The notes under the pieces are model-generated. The model was not told the DNA's origin and did not search any database. It was given only the letters and a program-made list of their open reading frames with translations. A stretch of DNA of 63,980 bases, counting the filler, from an uncultured Myxococcia bacterium (GTDB taxonomy: Bacteria; CAZTWC01): the NCBI GenBank assembly GCA_964617105.1. It is 3 parts of 3 records of this genome, joined end to end, with 100 filler letters (N's around TTAATTAATTAA, not from the genome) between each part and the next. Parts side by side here need not be neighbours in the genome. Positions count along the whole stretch, not along the records: positions 25,652 to 50,703 come from CAZTWC010000019.1; positions 50,804 to 63,980 come from CAZTWC010000083.1; 1 more part is not named here. One strand, 5' to 3'. Positions within the stretch are counted from its first letter, which is position 1; the number at the start of each line of letters is the position of its first letter. Below are positions 49,102-57,962 of this stretch, one piece after another. A program made the translations under genes and the position numbers.

Positions 49102-50703
49102 TTATTCCTCTTCGTCCACCATGCGCAAAATTCTCTCTAGTTTATCCTTTATAATGTCCTCTGCCAAATCGGGCACTATTTTGCGGACATAACGATTTAA
49201 ACGCTCCTCCGCCATATCTGAGAGTTCTGTTCTTAAAAAATGCTCAACTTTATGTAAAAATTCTTCCTCATAGTGTTCCTGAAAATATTGTCTAAAGGCT
49301 TTTTCTGCGATCTTGAAAAACTGCTCCTTAGCATATTCCCTGAAAATATTGCCGGCAATATTTTCAAAAAAGGCTTTTTCCAATAAGATACCATCGCTTC
49401 CACCAGATATGGGCTCTTTCTGTTCGATCTCTCCCACCGACATGCTGAATTTCTCTTTCGGGGCAGTTGCCGGTCCTATCTTCTGTTCAGATATCTCCTC
49501 AATCTCATCTTCTTCAGAGGAAGCAATTATACCAGAAAGGTCTTCCATCTCTTTGACACTCAGTTTTATATTCCTGGTGGAATTTGGCTCCTCTTTATCA
49601 ACCTCTTCCTGCCGGGCGGCAATCAAGTCTTCTACATAGGTCCCGTCGAAGGTTCCTCGTTTTTTTTCCTCTTGCAGAGTTTCTTCCAGGGATGCGGCTT
49701 GGCTTTCCGGTTTAAGTTCAACTTTTTCTGCCTCTATTGACGTTTTTTCGGCAATATGGGGCATCTCGGTTTCGGGCAGTGACTCCTTGCCGGTTTCATT
49801 CTCTACCTTTGGCGCTTTGGCCACCGGCTCATCATTGGACTCGGACAGAGCGGCATCAAACAGATCTTCTACGCCTGATATATCTGTATCTTCTTCCACC
49901 ATTTCGGAAGTCGCTTCAGGCAGGTCATCCTCGGAATCTAATTCGGATACTGCATCAAGCAGGGATTTTTCGGGCGTGGTCTCAGGCAAGGCATCTTCTT
50001 CCGGCATTTCCTTGGCTATTTCAGGTAAGGCTTCTCCATCTGGAGGAGTATCGGCAGGCGGAGTCGGGGTTTCGGTTTCTACCCCGGTTTCATCTGGCAC
50101 ATCACTTTTGGTTTCAATTGTTTCCGCCTCTATGGGCGCTTTTTCGGCAATATGGGGTATCTCGGTTTCGGGCGGCGCTTCCTCACCGGTTTCATCCTCT
50201 ATCTTTGGCGCTTTGGCCACCGGCTCATCATTGGACTCGGACAGAGCGGCATCAAACAGATCTTCTACGCCTGATATATCTGTATCTTCTTCCACCATTT
50301 CGGAAGTCGCTTCAGGCAGGTCATCTTCCTCGACCATTTTTTCCGCCATTTCAGGTAAATCTTCTTTTTCTACCTCTTCTGCAGGAGTTTCTGGCAAAAT
50401 GTTTTCTACCCCTGGTGACTGCTTTTCTACTTCGTCAACTTCAGCTATCACTTCGGCATTATCGGAGACTTCGGAGGTCAGGGGTTCTTGCTCATCCTCA
50501 GCAGGATGGGTTATTTCTTCTTCATCGTTTAAGTCGGCAAAAAAGTCTGAAACCTCGTTCTCATCTATCTCCTCATCTATCTCTTTATTATCTTCGGACA
50601 CCGCTGCCGCTGGGGGTTCTACTGCCGGAGGTGTGGACGCTGCTTCTGGCGCTGGAGTGGCTGGTGCACTGGGTTCCGGCGCTGCATCAAACAGAGCATC
50701 GAG
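49102..50703 (-). CDS. Acidic Pro/Glu-rich protein with RomR-like C-terminal helices (5'-truncated at contig join)
   Basis: Frame is open to the linker (LDALFDAAPEPSAP...). C-terminus VRKIVPDLAEDIIKDKLERI resembles the RomR-type ending (EVVPxLAExIIxEExxRL). Confidence 0.6.
   Translation of the reverse strand, partial: LDALFDAAPEPSAPATPAPEAASTPPAVEPPAAAVSEDNKEIDEEIDENEVSDFFADLNDEEEITHPAEDEQEPLTSEVSDNAEVIAEVDEVEKQSPGVENILPETPAEEVEKEDLPEMAEKMVEEDDLPEATSEMVEEDTDISGVEDLFDAALSESNDEPVAKAPKIEDETGEEAPPETEIPHIAEKAPIEAETIETKSDVPDETGVETETPTPPADTPPDGEALPEIAKEMPEEDALPETTPEKSLLDAVSELDSEDDLPEATSEMVEEDTDISGVEDLFDAALSESNDEPVAKAPKVENETGKESLPETEMPHIAEKTSIEAEKVELKPESQAASLEETLQEEKKRGTFDGTYVEDLIAARQEEVDKEEPNSTRNIKLSVKEMEDLSGIIASSEEDEIEEISEQKIGPATAPKEKFSMSVGEIEQKEPISGGSDGILLEKAFFENIAGNIFREYAKEQFFKIAEKAFRQYFQEHYEEEFLHKVEHFLRTELSDMAEERLNRYVRKIVPDLAEDIIKDKLERILRMVDEEE
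49807..50325. repeat. Exact 123-bp in-frame intragenic duplication
   Basis: 49807-49929 equals 50203-50325 (offset 396 bp, 132 codons). Encodes DDLPEATSEMVEEDTDISGVEDLFDAALSESNDEPVAKAPK. Confidence 0.9.
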
Positions 50704-50803
50704 NNNNNNNNNNNNNNNNNNNNNNNNNNNNNNNNNNNNNNNNNNNNTTAATTAATTAANNNNNNNNNNNNNNNNNNNNNNNNNNNNNNNNNNNNNNNNN
50801 NNN
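50704..50803. other. Artificial contig-joining linker
   Basis: 44 N + TTAATTAATTAA + 44 N, same design as 25552-25651. Confidence 0.95.
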
Positions 50804-51014
50804 ATTTAAAGACCCTTCCGGTTTTAGAGTCGGTTACATGAATATTATTATCTGGTCTTATATCACACATTAGCCGGGACATTATGTCGCCTTGTTCACC
50901 AACCGCGGCTAATCCTGACTTTAAGGCGGTGATCCAGTTGTCGGCGTCAATATGGAAGACTGTACTTTTTCCTCCGGTTTCTTTGGCCGGGATGTAGACT
51001 TCAAATTTTTGCAT
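50804..51014 (-). CDS. Hypothetical protein, N-terminal fragment (3'-truncated at join)
   Basis: MQKFEVYIPA...ADNWITALKSGL...VTDSKTGRVFK, 11 nt downstream of the HATPase gene. Its apparent stop lies in the linker. Confidence 0.7.
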
Positions 51015-51025
51015 GGAAATGGTTC

Positions 51026-51958
51026 CTATTTTTTAAAAAAGTGGAATGACCGTTTTAATTGTTTGAATTCTCTAACAGTAAACGATAGGTCTAATATTCC
51101 TATGGCCTCGGTTTTTATGTTTGGCTCAATATTAACAGAGAAAAAACTTAGCGATTTGAAAATTTTATAAAGACCGAGTCCGGCCCCCCCCGCTTTTTGA
51201 TCGATTTGATCATTTCCTTTGGAGAAGCATTTTTTCAGGTAAGAGATAATGGTATCTTTTTTTAAACGGCCGAAAACATCAGAAGTGCTGACTCCAAAAA
51301 ATTCTCCATCACATCCCCAGGATAGGGTAACCGCCTCGTGGTCTTCTAAAATAATTTTTTCACTGCGCGGGGTTTCGGCATATTTGGGATTGGCGTCATA
51401 AATCGCATTCATCAGCAATTCATCCACCAGGTCGACAATAAATCTGCCAATGGGTTTGCGACCGCTAGCATCGATGGCAAACTGCTCAATTTGATCCATG
51501 TGTTTATACCGGGCACTAGAGTCACAGATTTTGGCGGTATATTGTTCGAAACCCCAGGATAGATATTTCTCCAGACCAAAGATATCTTTGCGAATCATCT
51601 TTTGAACCGTGGAGATTAATTCCCTGGCGTCAACAGTGGTTTCGTAGTTTTTCGCCATGATGCTGTCAAAGACAGAGATATCGGCGATTTCATCCAAAGC
51701 ATCTTCTAATTTTTTTTCTAAAATTAAAATGGTTTGTGAATCTTGATTGATCGCTTTGGCTTTTAGGGAAAAACTACTGGTGCTGGTGTCGACCAGGATT
51801 ACTGTACTATCTTGAGGGGGAACCTTTTGCAGTGCATCAATTCCTTCTTCTTCCGTTTCGACCAAATTTACGTTTGCGCCAGTGCAAATCAGAATATTGG
51901 CAATATTCTTTTTAACCTTCGGCGTATAGTTGGTGAAGACGATGATGGTATTGGACAT
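51026..51958 (-). CDS. Receiver-like N-terminus + RsbW/SpoIIAB-like HATPase protein
   Basis: N-box LVDELLMNAIYDA, SDVFGRL, G2 box GGAGLGL. No HisKA H-box seen. DIFGLEKYLSWG linker. Confidence 0.7.
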   Translation of the reverse strand: MSNTIIVFTNYTPKVKKNIANILICTGANVNLVETEEEGIDALQKVPPQDSTVILVDTSTSSFSLKAKAINQDSQTILILEKKLEDALDEIADISVFDSIMAKNYETTVDARELISTVQKMIRKDIFGLEKYLSWGFEQYTAKICDSSARYKHMDQIEQFAIDASGRKPIGRFIVDLVDELLMNAIYDANPKYAETPRSEKIILEDHEAVTLSWGCDGEFFGVSTSDVFGRLKKDTIISYLKKCFSKGNDQIDQKAGGAGLGLYKIFKSLSFFSVNIEPNIKTEAIGILDLSFTVREFKQLKRSFHFFKK

Positions 51959-51976
51959 GATATTCTATTTCCTTAA

Positions 51977-52444
51977 CTATTCTAGAAACATAAAATATTC
52001 GCTTTCGTCATCATCAAATTCAAAGGGAGAGCCACAGTCGCAGATAAACTCAGGAATTTCTATGTCGGAAGGATCTGGAAAATGTTTTTCCACTTCCAAG
52101 AGGAAGTTTTGTTCATTATCGCACTCTTCGCAGTAATACCGCGCATAGAAGGATTTTACCACCGCATTTCGGCCTAAAAATTCTGGCACCATATTGAACT
52201 GTTCAACCACAGCGGTGGGGCAACTGATGTATTCAATATCCAAATCACAAGATTTAATCATGTTGACCCATTCCCGAACACCGCAGGAGTTGATCCGCTT
52301 TATGCCATCCATGTCGATGATCACTTTTCCGTCCAGGCCATCGAATATTCCGGTAAAATCGGAATGTTCATCAATGATGCCGGATACACGGATAACGTTT
52401 CCATCTCTTTCAATAGTCAAATCACCCATCAGTTTACTCCCCAA
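51977..52444 (-). CDS. STAS-like (anti-anti-sigma-like) protein with C-terminal Zn ribbon
   Basis: VSGIIDE, IDMDGIKRINSCGVREW, YYCEECD...CDCG...FDDDESEYFMFL. Confidence 0.75.
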   Translation of the reverse strand: MGSKLMGDLTIERDGNVIRVSGIIDEHSDFTGIFDGLDGKVIIDMDGIKRINSCGVREWVNMIKSCDLDIEYISCPTAVVEQFNMVPEFLGRNAVVKSFYARYYCEECDNEQNFLLEVEKHFPDPSDIEIPEFICDCGSPFEFDDDESEYFMFLE

Positions 52445-52820
52445 TATTTAATGGTAAGTCATTTGAACCCGATATATAGCATACCAGGATAGTAATAAAT
52501 TATTCTTTAAGTTCCAATTTCCGAATTATAATAACAGTAACCTAACCATTTTTCAAGCTTTAGCCGAGAAAATAATAAAAATCTTTTGTAAAACCGAGTT
52601 CATTGATATTTAAAGGTTTATTTTAATGTAAATGAATACTGAATTTGATTTAAAAGTAATTTAAACCAAGGAAAAAAATCCATCGACAAATTAAAAAAAA
52701 ATTGTATAATAAAGGAGTTATACATTTTTTAAATATACATATGAAGTTTTATTTGTATGGTCTAGATAGGTTACTGTGGGCAGGGTACGGGTTTTTTAGT
52801 GATAAAGGTTAGAGATTTTT

Positions 52821-54008
52821 ATGAGCACTGCAAAGGAATTGAAAAAGATTAAATTGTTTTCCAAGTTTTCTGAGGAAGAGTTGGAAAGGTTTCTATCGTT
52901 GGGAAAAATAGTAACCTATGAAAAAGATCAATTGATATTGGAAGAGAACCAGCCCGGCAATGAGTTCTTATTGATCGTTAGCGGCAAGATAGAGATAGTA
53001 AAGGATGATTGCGGCGAGATATGGAAACTAGCGGTCATGGGGAGTGGCGATTTTGTGGGAGAGATGTCTATGTTTGATGGTTTTCCCCGCTCTGCCAGCG
53101 TTAAAACCGTTGAACCTACTAAAGTGTTTATGATTACCAGGGAGGATTTTCTTAACCAGTTAAAGATCATGCCCACAGTGGCTTTGGAATTGTTGAAGGA
53201 GTTGACTGTCCGGATCCGTAAGATCAATGAGCAGTTCATCACCGATATGAGAACTCAGAATATCCTGTTGGAAAATGCCAATAATGATTTGCACAAACTG
53301 GATGATATGAAAGCCAAGTTTGTCAATATTACCAGCCATGAGTTAAAAACCCCCATGACTGTTTTGACCAACTGTATTTCTATATTAAAAACTGAGATCG
53401 ATCATGGGGAAAACGAGATGGTGGGTAAAGTCCTCTCCTACATGGAAGAGGGGATAGAACGACTGGACCGGCTGATTGCCCATATTGTCAAAATATCTCG
53501 GCATATAGATCAGGATATTGAGATATTCAAACTCGATTTTTCCCTCAACGAACTGCTACAAAAGGTAGCGGATGAGATGGCGATTTTTATCGAGAAAAGA
53601 AACCAGGTTTTGGAGATGAATCTGGACCCAACCGATAAAATTATCTATTCAGATCAAGAAAAAATTCGTCAAATAGCCGAGAGTTTGATGTTAAATGCCA
53701 TCAAATTTACCCCCGATGGAGGAACTATAAAATTACTTAGCCGGTTTGAAGATAATGCGGCGATAATAGGGGTTGAGGACAATGGCATCGGGATAAGTGA
53801 TGATAAAAAAGCAGATATTTTTAAAGCATTCTATGAAGGTGGTAACACCATGTATCATTCTTCCGGCACCTATGAATTCCAATCGGGAGGATTGGGATTA
53901 GGGCTGGCGATTTGTAATAATTTTATTGAATTGTTGGGAGGACAGATTGGAGTAGAAAGTGAGGAGGGGGAGGGGAGTAACTTTGAGGTTATGATTCCTT
54001 ATACCTGA
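52821..54008 (+). CDS. Cyclic-nucleotide-binding sensor histidine kinase
   Basis: cNMP domain GDFVGEMSMFDGFPRSASV, H-box TSHELKTP, NAIKFTP, DNGIGI, GLGLGLAI. Confidence 0.92.
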   Translation: MSTAKELKKIKLFSKFSEEELERFLSLGKIVTYEKDQLILEENQPGNEFLLIVSGKIEIVKDDCGEIWKLAVMGSGDFVGEMSMFDGFPRSASVKTVEPTKVFMITREDFLNQLKIMPTVALELLKELTVRIRKINEQFITDMRTQNILLENANNDLHKLDDMKAKFVNITSHELKTPMTVLTNCISILKTEIDHGENEMVGKVLSYMEEGIERLDRLIAHIVKISRHIDQDIEIFKLDFSLNELLQKVADEMAIFIEKRNQVLEMNLDPTDKIIYSDQEKIRQIAESLMLNAIKFTPDGGTIKLLSRFEDNAAIIGVEDNGIGISDDKKADIFKAFYEGGNTMYHSSGTYEFQSGGLGLGLAICNNFIELLGGQIGVESEEGEGSNFEVMIPYT

Positions 54009-54058
54009 TATGGCGGCCGAGGATAAAGACTTCCCTTGGTAAGGGCAAGAGGGGATTA

Positions 54059-54101
54059 CGCATCTACGGACGCCGACGTAGGAGGTGATCCATTTACGGA
54101 T
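54059..54101 (+). repeat. Degenerate copy of intergenic repeat family B
   Basis: cgcatctacggacgccgacgtaggaggtgatccatttacggat. Nearby ggccgaggata (54015-54025) is also shared with 55585-55595. Confidence 0.6.
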
Positions 54102-54167
54102 GTTGTGCTCAAGTAGTTAATCCTTGACGTATGAATTTATTATTTTATTTTATATGATTATTGTTGC

Positions 54168-54195
54168 TTGATTAAATATTTTTTTGTGTTATAAT
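54168..54195 (+). promoter_or_regulatory. Sigma70-like promoter with extended -10
   Basis: TTGATT-N16-TATAAT with TGn immediately upstream of the -10. Confidence 0.5.
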
Positions 54196-54257
54196 ATTTT
54201 GCTTTTTAACAGGAATCTAACTTTTTAGTTTTGGTTTTTCCTGATTTGGGGGGATAA

Positions 54258-55523
54258 ATGCAAAAGATACTTGTTGTAGAGGACGAAAAAGCAGTACTCG
54301 ACAATATTACCGAAATACTTAAGTTCGAAGGTTATTCAATAATCGGCATAACCGACAGCCGGCAAACTGTTTCTAATGCGTTGGAATACTCACCGGATTT
54401 AATTGTCTGCGATATTTTAATGCCAGAGTTGGATGGATATGAAGTACTGGCGGAAATGAAAAAGAATCCTGCTACTGCCCCTATACCTTTTATTTTTCTA
54501 ACCGCCAAGTCTTCGGAAGAGGATATCAAATACGGTATGAACCTGGGGGTTGATGATTATATTACCAAACCTTTTACCCCAGAAATTTTACTCAAGAGTG
54601 TTAAGGCCAGACTTGATAAACAGGAAAAGATCGTCCAAATTTTCGAATCAAGGATGAACAAAATTCCCCAGGAACGACTTAATTCGATTTTCAATTCAGG
54701 TGCCGTGGTGCATTATACTTGTCCAGTTGGCGCAGGGAAACGTGGATATGAATGGGGGTATGAATTTAGTTTTATAGCCAATAGTATTGTTAATGTTTTA
54801 GGCTATCACCCCAAGGTTTTTATCGAACGACCAGAACTTTGGCGGCAGAGCATTCATCCCGATGACCAGGAAACTATAACCTCTGGAATGGAACGTCTTT
54901 TCAAACGCGGATATACTACTTTCGATTTTCGCCTTAAGCATAAGAATGGCACTTATTCCTGGCTTCAAGACAGCAAGCAGTTAATCAGATATAAAGATTC
55001 TGATAAAGAAGAGATAGTCGGGTGTTGGGTTGATGTATCCGGACGTCGCAAAAGAGAAGTTTTATTAAAAGAGAGCGAGGAGAAGTTACAAGGCAAAGTC
55101 AATAATCTGGAAGAGGTGAATAATGCTTTACGGGTTTTATTGAAAAATCGTGAAGTTGATAGAGATGAATTAGAAGAGAAGATTATTGCCAATGTCAGGG
55201 AGTTGATTTTACCTCATTTTCAAAAAATGCGCACCACCACTCTCGATTTCAAGCAAATTGCCTGCCTGGATATTATCGAATCTAACTTACAGGATATTAT
55301 CTCACCCTTTTCCAAAAAATTGACCGTACAACACATGAATTTAACTCCCAAGGAACTGCAAATTGCCAGCCTGATCAAAGCCGGAAAAACTAACAGAGAG
55401 ATGGCGGCGTTTTTAAATGTTTCAGTGGGAACGGTGGAGTTTCATCGCGAAAATATCCGCACTAAGTTGAATTTGAAGAATAAGAAGGCTAATCTGCGGT
55501 CTTACCTTTTATCGCTAGCGTAG
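54258..55523 (+). CDS. Response regulator, REC-PAS-LuxR HTH
   Basis: ILVVEDE, CDILMP, FLTAK, TKPF; PAS (IHPDD, FRLKHKNGTYSW, DVS); LTPKELQIA...GKTNREMA...TVEFHRENIRTKL. Confidence 0.92.
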   Translation: MQKILVVEDEKAVLDNITEILKFEGYSIIGITDSRQTVSNALEYSPDLIVCDILMPELDGYEVLAEMKKNPATAPIPFIFLTAKSSEEDIKYGMNLGVDDYITKPFTPEILLKSVKARLDKQEKIVQIFESRMNKIPQERLNSIFNSGAVVHYTCPVGAGKRGYEWGYEFSFIANSIVNVLGYHPKVFIERPELWRQSIHPDDQETITSGMERLFKRGYTTFDFRLKHKNGTYSWLQDSKQLIRYKDSDKEEIVGCWVDVSGRRKREVLLKESEEKLQGKVNNLEEVNNALRVLLKNREVDRDELEEKIIANVRELILPHFQKMRTTTLDFKQIACLDIIESNLQDIISPFSKKLTVQHMNLTPKELQIASLIKAGKTNREMAAFLNVSVGTVEFHRENIRTKLNLKNKKANLRSYLLSLA

Positions 55524-55529
55524 TCGGCC

Positions 55530-55550
55530 GGAGGTCATCCCTTTAGGGAC
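55530..55550 (+). repeat. Intergenic repeat family B core (GGAGGTCATCCCTTTAGGGAC)
   Basis: Hairpin TCCC-TTTA-GGGA, recurring at 60969, 61020 and 62062 (reverse). Confidence 0.8.
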
Positions 55551-55625
55551 ACCACTCTCCTCGACCTTGGTTTTTATGTATGATGGCCGAGGATAGCGGC
55601 GCCTCCTTTATTAATATATAATGTA

Positions 55626-56183
55626 ATGGATAAATTTATTTTACATCGTCGTGATTTTTTGAAAAGATTACTGGCCGCTCCAATTGCTGTGGGCGGCTTT
55701 TTTTTCGCCTCTTTTGCTCCTGTGGCCAACCTTTTAGCCAGGGTTAGAAGTTTTGGCAGGAGAAAACATTCTGTTAATAGCGGCTTTAACATTCTTAGTT
55801 CCCAAGAGGTTAAAACCTTGACCGTCGTTGTCCGGCATTTGGCGCCGGGAGTTATTGTTCAAGAATTGGTCGAGAAAATATTGGGAAAACTAGAGCAATA
55901 TAAAGAGCGCAGAACTAAATACCGGCAAGGTTTAAAGGACTTGGATAAAATATCGGTAAAACGGTTCGAAAAGGGTAATTTATTTTGCCAATTGAAATTT
56001 TATCAGCAGCAGGATATAGTCAAAAGCGAGATCAATAATGGTTTTTTTCAATTAGTTCGTTACGATACCCTTTTCTGTCTATATACATCTTCACAGGGTT
56101 GGGAACTTATTGGTTTCGACGGGCCGCCCCAGTACCGGGGTTATCGAGACTATTTTACCTGTACTGAGAAAAATGACCCATAA
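55626..56183 (+). CDS. Tat-exported protein resembling gluconate 2-dehydrogenase subunit 3 family
   Basis: HRRDFLK twin-arginine motif. FFQLVRYDTL...YTSSQGWELIGFDGP...RGY C-terminal pattern. Confidence 0.6.
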   Translation: MDKFILHRRDFLKRLLAAPIAVGGFFFASFAPVANLLARVRSFGRRKHSVNSGFNILSSQEVKTLTVVVRHLAPGVIVQELVEKILGKLEQYKERRTKYRQGLKDLDKISVKRFEKGNLFCQLKFYQQQDIVKSEINNGFFQLVRYDTLFCLYTSSQGWELIGFDGPPQYRGYRDYFTCTEKNDP

Positions 56184-57962
56184 TCACCCAGACAACCACG
56201 ACTCTATTAATCCATCAATAAAAAGCAGGGGATCAATTCCCAAATGGTATTATCCGGTCGCTGTATTCCTTCTGTTATTTCTGACCTTTGTAGCCTATCA
56301 TAACGTTTTTAAAAATCAGTTCGTTTATGATGATAAGCCTTTGATCGTATATAACCAGTTGTTACGATCTCAGGAAAGTCCGCTCAACCTTTTCAACGTC
56401 GATTACTATCAAAATATAATGGGTGGGTTGGGTTATTATCGCCCCCTGGTGCTTCTCCTCTACCGGTTGGATTACAGTTTTTGGGAAATGAATCCCTGGG
56501 GTTACCACCTTACCAATTTGTGGTTGCATAGTTTTAATGTGCTATTGCTATTTTTTCTGGCCCAAAGATTAGTTGGCAGGAGCCGCAGGAAATATAGTGA
56601 CAGCCAGAATTTGGCTATGAGATTGCTATTACCCTTTTTTGTCGCTTTGCTGTTCGCCCTTCATCCTTCCAACTCTTCGGTGGTGGCTCCTATAAGCGCC
56701 AGAGAAGATATGCTATGCTTTTTTTTCTACTTGTGCGCTATGCTGATTTATAGCGGGCGCAACGGTTGGTACAGGAGTTTCTTAACGCCGGTTTTTTTCT
56801 TGTTGGCTCTAATAAGTAAAGAGCCGGCGGTCACTCTGCTTCCGGTATTGGTCGGATTTGACTTTATAGCCGGGCGCTGTAAGTTGAATAGGAAGTATGC
56901 CCGCCACTTCTTGACCAACCATCTGCCTCTGTTGGCGGTTTTTCTCCTCTATCTCTCTATTCGCTGGTTGGTTTTTGGTAAATTGGGTTCCCTTAAAGGA
57001 GGAGTATTTCTCCCTTTGGACACTGTCATCATGGTGGCTTCTTCCTATTTGTACTATTGGCAGCAGTTTATTGCTCCGTCCCTGGGGNNNNNNNNNNNNN
57101 NNNNNNNNNNNNNNTACTGGAGGCCGCTCCCTCTTGGAAACTATGGTTGGTAACGGTAATTCTGGTAGTAATACTCTGCTTTTACTATCCGTTAAAAAAA
57201 ATTAAGATAGAATTTTTTCCTCTATTTACCCTGTTTTGGGTATTGGTGGCCATCGGTCCAACCTCTAACATCGCTTTTCAGGAAACAGTTTTTGATGAGC
57301 GCTACCTGTATATCCCTTCGGCTGGTTTTTCCATGTTTGTCTTGTGGACGGCTGCCAGGCTGCTGGAGCGTTATGTGGCCAGACAGCGCGAATTGTTATT
57401 GACCTTGCTGGTGGGAACTACGGTTTTGTTGGTGCCCCTGCTGTTGTATATTACCTGGCAACGAAACCAGGTGTGGGAAACAGAGGTTAAACTTTTTTCT
57501 CAGAAAATAAGAGTAAATCCCAATGACCTTCTGGGTTATAAATATTTGAGTTGGGCCTATATAGACAAGGGTAACTATAAAAAGGCGGAATTTTTTGAGC
57601 GTCGGTATAGCTTCTTGGTCAATCGATATATTTTAACTGGTATCCAAAAAGCGAAAAAAATGTTTGCCAAAGGGGAGCAAAAAGAGGCCCTGGCCTTGAT
57701 GACGACCCTATTACGGCGTTGCCCTTATTGCTCTCAGGTATATCCGGTTATGGCCCGTTTTTCCCAGGAGATGGGACATTTTAACCAGGCGATTTTATAC
57801 TTGCAGGCTCTAATGAGACTTGCTCCCGGTCAGGTAAAGGATTTCTATCAATTAGGGGAACTGTATAAGCAGACCGGCCAAGAAAAGAAGGCAAAAGAGT
57901 TTTATAAAAATGTATCTCCTCCTTCATCACAAAAGCCAGGAGGCAAGTCCCAGAAAGATTAA
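56173..57962 (+). CDS. TMTC-like GT-C membrane glycosyltransferase with C-terminal TPRs (spans N gap 57088-57114)
   Basis: FVYDD, YYRPL, YHLTNLWLH, LFALHP, ALISKE, ERYLYIPSAG, RNQVW, then TPRs. The two track ORFs join across the gap. Confidence 0.8.

Noticed and set aside
49737-50759. 340-aa and 322-aa plus-strand ORFs
   Set aside because: Shadows of the acidic repeat protein. Their stops come from the artificial linker.
49102-51014. Joining 50804-51014 to the acidic protein as one gene
   Set aside because: They are separated by an artificial linker, so there is no evidence of adjacency.
57057-57153. Apparent frameshift in the TMTC-like gene
   Set aside because: It coincides with an N gap of estimated length (57088-57114), so it is an assembly effect.
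57927-57962. 36-bp convergent overlap of the TMTC-like gene and mgtE
   Set aside because: Short 3' overlaps of convergent genes are common.
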